A stretch of 63,804 nt of DNA, the filler included, from an uncultured bacterium (GTDB lineage: Bacteria > CAYUVA01), in the NCBI GenBank assembly GCA_964448115.1. It is 3 parts of 3 records of this genome, joined end to end, with 100 filler letters (N's around TTAATTAATTAA, not from the genome) between each part and the next. Parts side by side here need not be neighbours in the genome. Positions count along the whole stretch, not along the records: positions 1 to 29,399 come from CAYUVA010000049.1; 2 more parts are not named here. One strand, given 5' to 3'. Below are positions 1 through 8,532 of this stretch, piece by piece. Each line of letters opens with the position of its first letter. Within the stretch, counting starts at the first letter, position 1. The notes under the pieces were generated by a model. That model saw only the letters and a list, made by a program, of their open reading frames with translations. It was not told where the DNA came from and searched no databases. The position numbers and the translations under genes were made by a program.

Positions 1-103
1 TGATATTCACCCCGTGTTGTCCCAGTGCCGGTCCCACGGGGGGTGATGGGGTTGCTTGTCCCGCTGGAACCTGAAGTTTTACCACCGCAATGACTTTTTT
101 CAT
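1..103 (-). CDS. rplK: 50S ribosomal protein L11, 5' part (runs off window edge)
   Basis: Manual translation [42 protein letters not shown] motif; follows nusG. Confidence 0.97.
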   Translation of the reverse strand, partial: MKKVIAVVKLQVPAGQATPSPPVGPALGQHGVNI

Positions 104-143
104 AGATATATCTCCATATATATAATTTGCTTCATATAATTGA

Positions 144-713
144 TTAGAGCGGTTCTACCTGCAGGAACTCGAACTCCACCGGTGTAGCCCTACCGAATAT
201 GCTGACCATCACTCTGACCTTGTTTTTCTCTTTATTCACCTCATCAACCACGCCATTGAAGTTAGCGAATGGTCCATCGATTATTCTAACCTTGTCTCCA
301 ACATTGAGTGCTGATTTCTGCTTAGGTTTTCTATGTCCCGATTCCATCTGGTGAACGATCTTCTTTACCTCGCTCTCCGGGATTGGTGGTGGTTGTGCTC
401 CGCCGACGAAGCCGGTTACCTTAGGTATATTGCGAATAAAGTGCCAGTTGATCTCGTTCATTCGCATCTTCACCAGTATGTATCCGGGATAGAATTTTTT
501 GGTCGATATCTGCTTTTTGCCCCCTTTCATCTCCACGACCTCCTCAGTGGGGATGAGCACCTGTGTTATCTGATCTTCAAGCCCCATGGTTACGATCTTT
601 TGCTCAATGGTCGCCTTAACCTTGTTCTCGAAGCCGGAGTAAGTATGTACCACATACCACTTCATTTCCGGGACATCTTTCTTCTTTTCATCCATGTTAT
701 CGTTGCTTGGCAT
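144..713 (-). CDS. nusG: Transcription termination/antitermination factor NusG
   Basis: [25 protein letters not shown] motif [21 protein letters not shown]; start trimmed to ATG at 713. Confidence 0.97.
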   Translation of the reverse strand: MPSNDNMDEKKKDVPEMKWYVVHTYSGFENKVKATIEQKIVTMGLEDQITQVLIPTEEVVEMKGGKKQISTKKFYPGYILVKMRMNEINWHFIRNIPKVTGFVGGAQPPPIPESEVKKIVHQMESGHRKPKQKSALNVGDKVRIIDGPFANFNGVVDEVNKEKNKVRVMVSIFGRATPVEFEFLQVEPL

Positions 714-729
714 AACAAAAATTCCTGAT

Positions 730-930
730 TTACTTGAGGAGGATCTTGATTCCCCTGGCGAGGGCAAAATCAACAAGCCCAAGGTATAATCCAAAGATGA
801 TACATGCCACGATGACCACAATGGTGAAGTTTATCACCTCGGCTCTTGAGGGCCAGGTTACCTTGTTCATCTCTCGCTTCACTTCCTTAAGGAATCTTAT
901 TATCCTTGCAGGCAGCTTTTCCTTTACCAA
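730..930 (-). CDS. secE: Preprotein translocase subunit SecE
   Basis: EMNKVTWPSR motif plus one TM helix; between tRNA-Trp and nusG. Confidence 0.95.
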   Translation of the reverse strand: MVKEKLPARIIRFLKEVKREMNKVTWPSRAEVINFTIVVIVACIIFGLYLGLVDFALARGIKILLK

Positions 931-962
931 TTGAATAACCTCTTTATTTTCAAGTACTTACA

Positions 963-1036
963 CAGGCCAGGAGGGACTCGAACCCCCAGCCCGCGGATTT
1001 GGAGTCCGCTGCTCTACCAATTGGAGCTACTGGCCT
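963..1036 (-). tRNA. tRNA-Trp (CCA)
   Basis: Acceptor AGGCCAG/CTGGCCT, anticodon loop CT-CCA-AA, GTTCGA T-loop; usual rpmG-trnW-secE position. Confidence 0.96.
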
Positions 1037-1049
1037 ACACAATCTCATT

Positions 1050-1199
1050 CTATTTAACCTGTTTATGTAAGGTGTGTTTGCGTTCATGAGGACAATATTT
1101 CTTGACCTCCAGCTTAGTTGGGGTCTTCTTCTTGTTCCTGGTGGTCGTATAATTTCTCTGCCTACAGACCGTGCATTCGAGTGTAATAATGTCTCTCAT
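1050..1199 (-). CDS. rpmG: 50S ribosomal protein L33 (49 aa, absent from ORF track)
   Basis: Manual translation [49 protein letters not shown]. Confidence 0.96.
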   Translation of the reverse strand: MRDIITLECTVCRQRNYTTTRNKKKTPTKLEVKKYCPHERKHTLHKQVK

Positions 1200-1212
1200 G
1201 AAGCTATCTCCG

Positions 1213-2418
1213 TTATTCGATTACCTGGGTTACCACGCCTGCTCCCACGGTCTTTCCGCCCTCGCGTATGGCGAAGCGCAGTCCCTCTTCCATGGCAATA
1301 GGGGTGATCAATTTGACCTCTAGGTTTACATTATCGCCAGGCATGACCATCTCCACGCCCTCGGGTAGCACGACCGAGCCGGTAACATCGGTGGTTCTGA
1401 AGTAGAACTGTGGCCTGTACCCGGTGAAGAATGGGGTATGCCTACCACCTTCTTCCTTGCTCAGGATATAGACCTCGCCCTTAAAGTGTGTATGAGGGGT
1501 GATGGTTCCTGGCTTAGCCAGCACCTGTCCTCTTTCCACCTCATTTCTTTTTATGCCTCTCAGCAGGCATCCGACATTATCGCCAGCGATGCCTTCATCG
1601 AGGATCTTGCGGAACATCTCCACGCCGGTAACTACCGTCTTGACAGTAGGTCTGATCCCGACTATCTCGACCTCCTCGCCGGTTCTGATGATACCTCTCT
1701 CTATCCTTCCGGTAGCCACGGTACCGCGTCCGGAGATCGAAAAGATGTCCTCGATAGGCATGAGGAATGGCTTGTCCGTGATCCTCTCCGGGGTTGGAAT
1801 GTAGCTGTCCACCGCATCCATCAGTTCGAAGATACACTTTGTCTTTTCCTCATAGTCATCATCGGTAGGCTCAGCTTCCAGGGCCTTAAGAGCGCTACCG
1901 CGTACGATGGGTATCTCGTCGCCGGGGAACTGGTACTTGGTCAGCAGGTCTCTCAGCTCCAGCTCGACCAGCTCGAGCAGTTCGGGGTCATCCATCATAT
2001 CTACCTTGTTGAGAAAGACTACTATATAAGGGACATTAACCTGTCTGGCGAGCAGGATATGTTCTCTGGTCTGTGGCATGGGTCCATCAGGCGCCGAGAC
2101 GACTAAAATAGCGCCATCCATCTGGGCAGCGCCGGTAATCATGTTCTTAATGTAGTCGGCGTGTCCTGGACAGTCCACATGCGCATAGTGCCTATTCTCG
2201 GTCTCATACTCGATATGCGCGGTTGCGATAGTGATGCCTCTGGCTTTCTCTTCGGGCGCATTGTCGATGCTGTCAAAGGTGCGATAGGCTATCTTAGGAT
2301 TCTTATAGGATAAGATCTTAGTGATAGCCGCGGTGAGCGTGGTCTTGCCATGATCGATATGTCCGATGGTTCCCACATTAATATGGGGTTTATCCCTTTC
2401 GAACTTCTCTTTAGCCAT
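1213..2418 (-). CDS. tuf: Elongation factor Tu
   Basis: MAKEKFER start with [25 protein letters not shown] motifs. Confidence 0.99.
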   Translation of the reverse strand: MAKEKFERDKPHINVGTIGHIDHGKTTLTAAITKILSYKNPKIAYRTFDSIDNAPEEKARGITIATAHIEYETENRHYAHVDCPGHADYIKNMITGAAQMDGAILVVSAPDGPMPQTREHILLARQVNVPYIVVFLNKVDMMDDPELLELVELELRDLLTKYQFPGDEIPIVRGSALKALEAEPTDDDYEEKTKCIFELMDAVDSYIPTPERITDKPFLMPIEDIFSISGRGTVATGRIERGIIRTGEEVEIVGIRPTVKTVVTGVEMFRKILDEGIAGDNVGCLLRGIKRNEVERGQVLAKPGTITPHTHFKGEVYILSKEEGGRHTPFFTGYRPQFYFRTTDVTGSVVLPEGVEMVMPGDNVNLEVKLITPIAMEEGLRFAIREGGKTVGAGVVTQVIE

Positions 2419-2463
2419 AGCTCTCCTCCTTGGAAATCCAAATTGTGGTTTTGCTTCCCTTAA

Positions 2464-2535
2464 AGCCCACGATGGGAATTGAACCCATGACCACCTCCTT
2501 ACCAAGGAGGTGCTCTACCTCTGAGCTACGTGGGC
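2464..2535 (-). tRNA. tRNA-Thr (GGT)
   Basis: Acceptor GCCCACG/CGTGGGC, anticodon GGT. Confidence 0.95.
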
Positions 2536-2562
2536 TTTTTGGGGTTATTGTTTTACCCATCA

Positions 2563-2635
2563 AGCGGGAAACGGGACTCGAACCCGCGACCCACAGCTTG
2601 GAAGGCTGTTGCTCTACCAACTGAGCTATTCCCGC
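2563..2635 (-). tRNA. tRNA-Gly (TCC)
   Basis: Acceptor GCGGGAA/TTCCCGC, anticodon TCC. Confidence 0.95.
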
Positions 2636-2652
2636 CAGTGGCGCGCTTCCAG

Positions 2653-2735
2653 TGGGGAGAGGAGGATTCGAACCCCCGTAGGCGTAAGCCGGCAGGTTTA
2701 CAGCCTGCTGCCATTGACCGCTCGGCCATCTCCCC
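2653..2735 (-). tRNA. tRNA-Tyr (GTA)
   Basis: Acceptor GGGGAGA/TCTCCCC, anticodon GTA, long variable arm. Confidence 0.95.
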
Positions 2736-2781
2736 GTCTCTATCATGTCTTTAACTATCTGCATCCTTATTAGCATTCCTA

Positions 2782-2854
<73 letters not shown>

Positions 2855-2965
2855 CTGTAATCGAGTAACCATCTTGGGGCAGCCGATTATATCCCGCTGT
2901 CCTACATTCACTTTCATATTCGTCTTTATCATTGCATCCATCCTCAAGATTGATGCAAAGAGATA

Positions 2966-2994
2966 TTTTTACCACAGGCATTTTATCTTGTCAA
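2966..2994 (-). promoter_or_regulatory. Putative sigma-70 promoter of the tRNA-tuf operon
   Basis: TTGACA-17 nt-TAAAAA on minus strand, ~110 nt upstream of tRNA-Thr. Confidence 0.55.
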
Positions 2995-3361
2995 CTATTT
3001 TTTGGGGAATTTTTTCGAATCGAAGCAAAAAAATGCAAATATGGCTAGTAGAGCATCAAATATCAGGCTTGTCCATTGAAAATAAAGACCTTTTTAAGGA
3101 GATCTCCCTCCAGGAGATCAGGCTCAGTCTTAAAAAGCAAAAGTAACATTTGGACAAAGCAGATCCTCACTGAATTATTATGAAAAGTTAAGCTCAATTG
3201 AAGATTAACCCTCAAGTAATGTTCCGTTTCTATCATGTCTAGTAAGAATATCGTTATCACAAGGGATAAAAACAAGAATCTATGATCCCCTATAATTTAT
3301 AGCGCAGTTAGCATACAAATATGTTTGATTTTCCCAACTCGTTTAACCGAGAACGAAACGA

Positions 3362-3374
3362 TAACTCATTGATT
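3362..3374. promoter_or_regulatory. Putative IHF binding site
   Basis: TAACTCATTGATT matches YAANNNNTTGATW exactly; AT-rich context makes chance matches more likely. Confidence 0.4.
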
Positions 3375-3500
3375 TTCAATTACTTTTTTATAATATGGGC
3401 ATATCATTACCCATCATTACCTCTATAATTTCAGCTCCATCAAAATATCTCCTGAAGAGATATGTCAATACGGCATCAATAGCTTAAGAATATGGAATTC

Positions 3501-3546
3501 ATACCATATATAGTACAATGAATATTCAAAACGCCATATATTGTGA
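3501..3546. promoter_or_regulatory. Tandem NrdR-box-like sites upstream of the dnaA-like gene
   Basis: ATACCATATATAGTAC (3501-3516) and ACGCCATATATTGTGA (3531-3546) versus consensus acaCwAtATaTwGtgt; 30 bp start-to-start. Confidence 0.6.
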
Positions 3547-3819
3547 GATGTTCTTGATAAATCTAAATATTGAATAATATTTCTCAATATTTAGCATGGT
3601 TTCAATATCGGCTGCTTTTTTATTGATAAATCCTCAATCCAGATAACATGTTCAAGCACATACACACCGTTTGCTTAAATATGGCAGATAAATTGAATGA
3701 GGCTGATAACTTATTGTATCTAAAGGCTTTATTAAGTCAATAAATTTTTATGCCCCGATTAGGATGCTGTTAAGATGTCATTGACAGCAATCGAACTTAC
3801 AAATAATTCTATTAGTATC

Positions 3820-5196
3820 ATGAGCAATTGGAAGAATTTACTTCAGAGAAGTCGTCATTTCATAGGTCCTCTTTCCTATAACATCTGGTTCAAGTATGCC
3901 GAAGTAGTAGAGGAATCGTCCCGGTTGATTCGCGTCTGCCTTCCCACCGAGTCGATCAAGAACTATGTTGAATCTCGCTACACCAAGTTATTCAAGAAAG
4001 AGCTTGCAGCAATGGGACTTGCCGATGCTAAACTAATCTTTGAGGTCAAGCAAAACGGAGACAATGCTCGTAAATTCAAGCAGTTGAATATTCTTGAAGA
4101 ACAGAAGCCCTCTGCAAAGCCAAGTGCAATCATGGCAGCGAAACAACCATCAGCCAATAACAGCCTGTTCAGGCTCAATATCAACTGCACCTTTGACAAT
4201 TTTCTAGTAGGTGATCCCAATCAATTCGCCTTCAGCACCGTATATCAGCTCGCCAGGAAACTACATCTGCCCTACAATCCACTGTATATCTACGGATCCC
4301 AGGGTGTTGGAAAAACTCACCTTCTAAGCGCCTTGGGAAACTCAATATTGACCTTGCATCCCCAACTACGCATCCTCGCTTGCAGTGCAGAGCACTTTGT
4401 CAACAGGTTCTATGAGCATCTTGACAACAGGAACATGAACGGCTTTCGAGCCATCTTCAGGAATATCGACCTTTTGATAATGGACGATATCCAGGTAATG
4501 ATCGGCAAACCGAAGAGCCAGGAGGAGTTCTTATACACCTTTAATGAGCTTCACCAGGCGGGGAAACCGGTGATCCTCTCAGCAGACAAACTACCCAATC
4601 GGTTTCCCAATTTCATGGAGGATCTAGTGAACCAGTTCCGCGGCGGACTCATAATTCCCATAGACAAGCCAGATCTCGATCTCAAGATGAAGATCATACA
4701 TTCGAGGCTTAAAGGATCGAACCTAGAACTTGACGAGGAGAAGATAAGGTATATCGCCATGAAAGGAGGGAACGATATACGCGATATATTGTCCATCATC
4801 AACTCGCTAACCGCCGAGGCTATGTTCAATGGATCGAGAAACATCAGCAAGGCTGTGATCGATAAAAAGTACGCCCAGGTTCTGAGCCAACATGCGGAGA
4901 ATGTCAGCTTCGATACCGTGTTTAGAATAACCACAGGGCACTTCAATATAAGCCCTGACCGGGTGATCTCTACTCGAAGAGACCGCTTTACGGTCATGGT
5001 GCGTGGACTTATCATGTATCTAGCTCGCAAACACACCGATCTCTCCGCTATACAGATCGCAAGAAAACTGGGGAGAAAGGATCACTCCACGGTTCACAGA
5101 GCCGTAAAGAAGATGCAATGGACAATCAAGACGGATCCAACAATAAAAACGATTGTGGAATCGCTGGTAAAGAAGATACACCAAAATCCGAGTTAG
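3820..5196 (+). CDS. Divergent DnaA paralogue (domains I-IV present, arginine finger lost)
   Basis: Domain I YNIWF, TFDNFLVGDPN, Walker A GSQGVGKT, Walker B LLIMDDIQ, QEEFLYTFNEL, domain IV GRKDHSTV; no dnaN next to it; start 3775 or 3820. Confidence 0.9.
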   Translation: MSNWKNLLQRSRHFIGPLSYNIWFKYAEVVEESSRLIRVCLPTESIKNYVESRYTKLFKKELAAMGLADAKLIFEVKQNGDNARKFKQLNILEEQKPSAKPSAIMAAKQPSANNSLFRLNINCTFDNFLVGDPNQFAFSTVYQLARKLHLPYNPLYIYGSQGVGKTHLLSALGNSILTLHPQLRILACSAEHFVNRFYEHLDNRNMNGFRAIFRNIDLLIMDDIQVMIGKPKSQEEFLYTFNELHQAGKPVILSADKLPNRFPNFMEDLVNQFRGGLIIPIDKPDLDLKMKIIHSRLKGSNLELDEEKIRYIAMKGGNDIRDILSIINSLTAEAMFNGSRNISKAVIDKKYAQVLSQHAENVSFDTVFRITTGHFNISPDRVISTRRDRFTVMVRGLIMYLARKHTDLSAIQIARKLGRKDHSTVHRAVKKMQWTIKTDPTIKTIVESLVKKIHQNPS

Positions 5197-5213
5197 CAAG
5201 GAGGGCAATAGCT

Positions 5214-5957
5214 CTATAGGTTCTTCAGAACATAACCTATCCTGAAGATTACCAGCGAGCCATCAGAGATCATGGCATTGAACTTGCTGCGAGGATATAT
5301 GATGGGTGCCTCGCCAGGGCGGTTTGGCTTTAAAAAGACCAATTCGTCCTGAACATCGATGATGCCTACCCTGATGCTGTCTTCCTCGATTGCAAGGATA
5401 ATATCTCCCGAATCCCAGTTATCTCCCGGAGAGATGATCAGCATATCCCCTTTCTCAATCTTGGGGGCAAGGAAATCATCAGGACAATGGATGGCAAAGG
5501 CGTTGGGATCGCTTATATAATGCAAATGCAGAGCATCGACCACCACTTCGGCTGGAATTAAGATACGGTCCCCTTGTCGTATAGGCTCAAAGTAAGACGG
5601 CTTTACCGATTGAAGCACCGGTAACTTATGCTTAATGCTCTGCTCATCTGAAGCGCCGCTGATCGCCAGGGTTCCATCCAGCCTGCCGTGCATCTGCTTC
5701 TGAATGCCCTGTATCTTGCGCCGCCTTTTCTCCTTTTCGATAAGATTTATAAGTATATCGGGAGAGAATCCTAGTTTCTCTGCGATCATTATGGCTGCTC
5801 GATAGCTCGGCCAGGCGCTTCCAGCCTCGATTCTACCGAAATAGCTCATGCTGAAGTTAAGCTCTTCAGCTAAGCCATGCTGGGTAAATCCAGCATCCTT
5901 GCGCTTCTTTTTTATAAACTCGGCAACGGTCAGCTCGCGATCCTCTGAGACTGCCAT
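5214..5957 (-). CDS. XRE-family HTH regulator with degenerate S24 (LexA/CI-like) C-terminal domain
   Basis: HTH IKKKRKDAGFTQHGLAEELNFSMSYFGRIEAG; S24-like AFAIHCPDDFLAPKIEKGDMLIISP; AGGAG RBS before ATG 5957. Confidence 0.8.
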   Translation of the reverse strand: MAVSEDRELTVAEFIKKKRKDAGFTQHGLAEELNFSMSYFGRIEAGSAWPSYRAAIMIAEKLGFSPDILINLIEKEKRRRKIQGIQKQMHGRLDGTLAISGASDEQSIKHKLPVLQSVKPSYFEPIRQGDRILIPAEVVVDALHLHYISDPNAFAIHCPDDFLAPKIEKGDMLIISPGDNWDSGDIILAIEEDSIRVGIIDVQDELVFLKPNRPGEAPIIYPRSKFNAMISDGSLVIFRIGYVLKNL

Positions 5958-5987
5958 GTTCGATTCTCCTGGACTCCGCTTTTTGTC

Positions 5988-6109
5988 ATGTTGATTAAAC
6001 AATAATAGTAATAATCTTTTCTGATTTTTTGTCAAGATCATGTTGGCAGATACTTAATACAAATGTTGATTTGAGTAATAATTCAACATAAATTAAGCAA
6101 ATATGTTGA
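5988..6109. promoter_or_regulatory. Five ATGTTGR half-sites (candidate operator array)
   Basis: ATGTTGA at 5988, 6063, 6103; ATGTTGG at 6040; inverted TCAACAT at 6083; overlaps minus-strand TTGACA at 6030-6035. Confidence 0.45.
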
Positions 6110-6150
6110 AGCAATATTTTTTCGTTTTTATTAGGGCGATCATATGCTCA

Positions 6151-7824
6151 TCATTGTCCATAGATGCCACTCTCAGTCGGCAAATCCTCGAAGTAGATAT
6201 CAAAATAAGCCTCCAGTCGATCCCCCCTGGGAATCGCAGTCGCGTTCACACGCGAAATAACCTTGTACAGATCCATCAATTCTGGATCTATATAGCCATA
6301 TCTATCCTTCAACTCCTTGCCCCAAGCTGTAGTGGGCAGCATCATCTCATCCTGCACCTGCGATATCAGCTCACGGTAGTTAATAAGGCAGGCATATACT
6401 CCCTTGTTGAAGTCAACATATTGCATCCCAGGTTTCGCCATCGCTTTGTCTGTTCCATCCTGGTAGGCATCTATAACCGCATGGAGTTCATTCTCATTCA
6501 AGGATATTACCCCATATCCATCGATGGCTGCATACCCTAGGGAAACAAAAGGTAGCGGTACTGAGCCTACTTTGATTCTGTTATACTCGGAGATTATCGG
6601 CTCGAACTTTACTTGACCGGCGCCACCGGCATAAAGGTCTCTTAGCATTGAGGTTATCATATCCTCCATAACCGCCAGCTCATCTTGATCCGGCTGTTTG
6701 AACTTAAAGATTATCGATGTGCTAAATGGAACCAGTTTAAGGTTACCAGCCATGATAAACAGCTCCTGGGTGCTGACTTTTTTAATCCTTTCCATCAGTG
6801 ATTTGATGACATCTACCACCTCAGCTTGCCGTATTTGGGGTGCAGCATAGCGGTTGAAGAACTCCTTGGCTGCACTGATGGGGAGCTTGAAGCCCATGGT
6901 GCTCTGCTCGCTGAAGAACGACGGATACTCGGTCATCTCAACTGTATTGAGTATAAATCTCTCGTTCGGAGGATTTTTCAGTCTTGCTTCTGATGCGATA
7001 TGACAAGCGGAATCAGCGGTTAACGACACATAAAGCTCAATGTATTCTGAAGCCATCCTCCCCTGCCAGGAGGTTACATCCTCAACCTGCACTTTGGACA
7101 GGTCGATAAAGAGAGTGATGTTGGGGAAATGCTTGATTCCTAAGCGTTCTTTGCAACCTGATAATCGTCTTGATAGAGAATGTTCCACCTTTAAGTTAAG
7201 ATTGTCTATCATGCGCTCGGCGGATTGTCGCTCAGATGAGAAGCCTAAAAATCCCTTGTGGATGAAAAGATTGGCGCTGGGATAGCCCTTCATGGGAGAG
7301 TTGGCGCTGAAGATATCCACATCCTCGTAGCTACTTTTTACCAGCTGCGTGCTCTTTTGCGAGATGACCTTAAGGAACATCTTGCCCAGAACCGACTTGA
7401 AGCCAGTAAAACTGAGCATAGAAATCTCATTAGCTTCATAAGCAGGTTTTATATCCACAGCAATTGCGCTTTTATTCATAAACAGATTTGCCATGAAGAG
7501 GATCGCTTGCTTTGCATCCCCTTCTGCGGGCATATCCTTCAAATCACCTGGAAAATCCTTAAGCTCACCAATAGCCTTGGCAAATTGATCATTGAGATCC
7601 ATGCTATGTTCTAACTTTTCACTGGCTACCTGGTAGAAATTGCTCTCAAGAACCTTCTCAGCCAGGGGACCAATACGATTGAAGATGATAATCCCATCTG
7701 CCTGCGATGGCATTAGATTTAGCATTTCTATCTCGCTAGATGGCTCGCTTCCACGATTGGATAGGTAGAACCAAGCACCAGCAATGATAAGGACAACAAG
7801 TATGAGCAATAGAGCCTTTTTCAT
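6151..7824 (-). CDS. Membrane-anchored exported hypothetical protein (possibly DUF3352-like)
   Basis: Long ORF; N-terminal anchor MKKALLLILVVLIIAGAWFYL after GAGGAG RBS; family call tentative. Confidence 0.7.
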   Translation of the reverse strand: MKKALLLILVVLIIAGAWFYLSNRGSEPSSEIEMLNLMPSQADGIIIFNRIGPLAEKVLESNFYQVASEKLEHSMDLNDQFAKAIGELKDFPGDLKDMPAEGDAKQAILFMANLFMNKSAIAVDIKPAYEANEISMLSFTGFKSVLGKMFLKVISQKSTQLVKSSYEDVDIFSANSPMKGYPSANLFIHKGFLGFSSERQSAERMIDNLNLKVEHSLSRRLSGCKERLGIKHFPNITLFIDLSKVQVEDVTSWQGRMASEYIELYVSLTADSACHIASEARLKNPPNERFILNTVEMTEYPSFFSEQSTMGFKLPISAAKEFFNRYAAPQIRQAEVVDVIKSLMERIKKVSTQELFIMAGNLKLVPFSTSIIFKFKQPDQDELAVMEDMITSMLRDLYAGGAGQVKFEPIISEYNRIKVGSVPLPFVSLGYAAIDGYGVISLNENELHAVIDAYQDGTDKAMAKPGMQYVDFNKGVYACLINYRELISQVQDEMMLPTTAWGKELKDRYGYIDPELMDLYKVISRVNATAIPRGDRLEAYFDIYFEDLPTESGIYGQ

Positions 7825-7976
7825 TGAACTCTCCTCAGTGTGTTTTTTATGTAATATCGCATCGTGATGAAAAGGATACAATAATTACTGTCCCGGTGTA
7901 AACCAGATCATTCTGTCTGAAGCTAAGTGGCTGTAATTAAACATCTTTTTAACATTGGACAAACCTTAGCCTTACT

Positions 7977-7992
7977 TGGCACAGGGATTGCT
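7977..7992 (+). promoter_or_regulatory. Sigma-54 (-24/-12) promoter
   Basis: TGGCAC-AGGGA-TTGCT matches TGGCAC-N5-TTGCW; 38 nt before ATG 8031. Confidence 0.75.
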
Positions 7993-8030
7993 TTAATAGT
8001 AGGCGTATTATTAAACAAGCAGGAATAAAT

Positions 8031-8234
8031 ATGGCTACTACAGTAGAAAAGATAAGATACTCGAAGGGGCAGCCCAACAACGGAGCTAAGATACTGGCTA
8101 GGAGCTTCTATAGGGAGCTGCTCGAGAATGGCTACAGTGACGAGCAGATAGTCGAGTTCTCCTCCGAGCTGATTAGCTGCATCGCTGACAACCTGGAGAA
8201 TGAGGACGACCAGGAACTAGAGCCATCATCATAA
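8031..8234 (+). CDS. Small acidic helical hypothetical protein (67 aa)
   Basis: ATG with AGGA RBS, upstream sigma-54 promoter, downstream hairpin; core AKILARSFYRELLENGYSDEQIVEFSSELI. Confidence 0.75.
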   Translation: MATTVEKIRYSKGQPNNGAKILARSFYRELLENGYSDEQIVEFSSELISCIADNLENEDDQELEPSS

Positions 8235-8254
8235 GCTATTATCTTATCATCCCC

Positions 8255-8293
8255 TACTCCCTGGTGCCGGCAACTGATAGCTAACAGGGAGTA
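8255..8293 (+). terminator. Stem-loop after the small protein gene
   Basis: TACTCCCTG...CAGGGAGTA 9-bp inverted repeat with a large loop; weak U tract. Confidence 0.35.
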
Positions 8294-8532
8294 CCTTCTT
8301 ACGCATCTTACCTTATGTAACCCAAACGATACATTCCACTCTCGTTTTCTCGTTTCTATTTTCTAGTTTAGATTACTTTCTTAGAAAGATAACGCAATTT
8401 CGCGCGTCATAGTTTTCATGCCTCCCGAATAGGTCTGGATTGGGGCTGCTCTTGACATGAGATTTGTTTCGCCAAGGGGCACCTCCATATCATTCTCATC
8501 CCACATTTTGTCATTACCTTGAAAGTAGGCTT

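Noticed and set aside
2411-2776. ORFs of 60-121 aa across the tRNA cluster, and the 29-aa N-terminal extension of tuf
   Set aside because: They overlap clear tRNA genes; tuf has its own RBS and ATG at 2418.
3682-3697. Sigma-54-like TGGCAG-N5-TTGAA upstream of the dnaA-like gene
   Set aside because: The near-invariant -12 GC reads GA.
2855-3819. Canonical oriC call
   Set aside because: No cluster of TTATCCACA boxes, no dnaN, and the adjacent DnaA is degenerate; kept only as an open question.
3775-6041. Prophage or integrated plasmid reading of the DnaA-like plus CI-like pair
   Set aside because: No integrase, att duplication or phage genes, and the region abuts the 5' side of the tRNA cluster.
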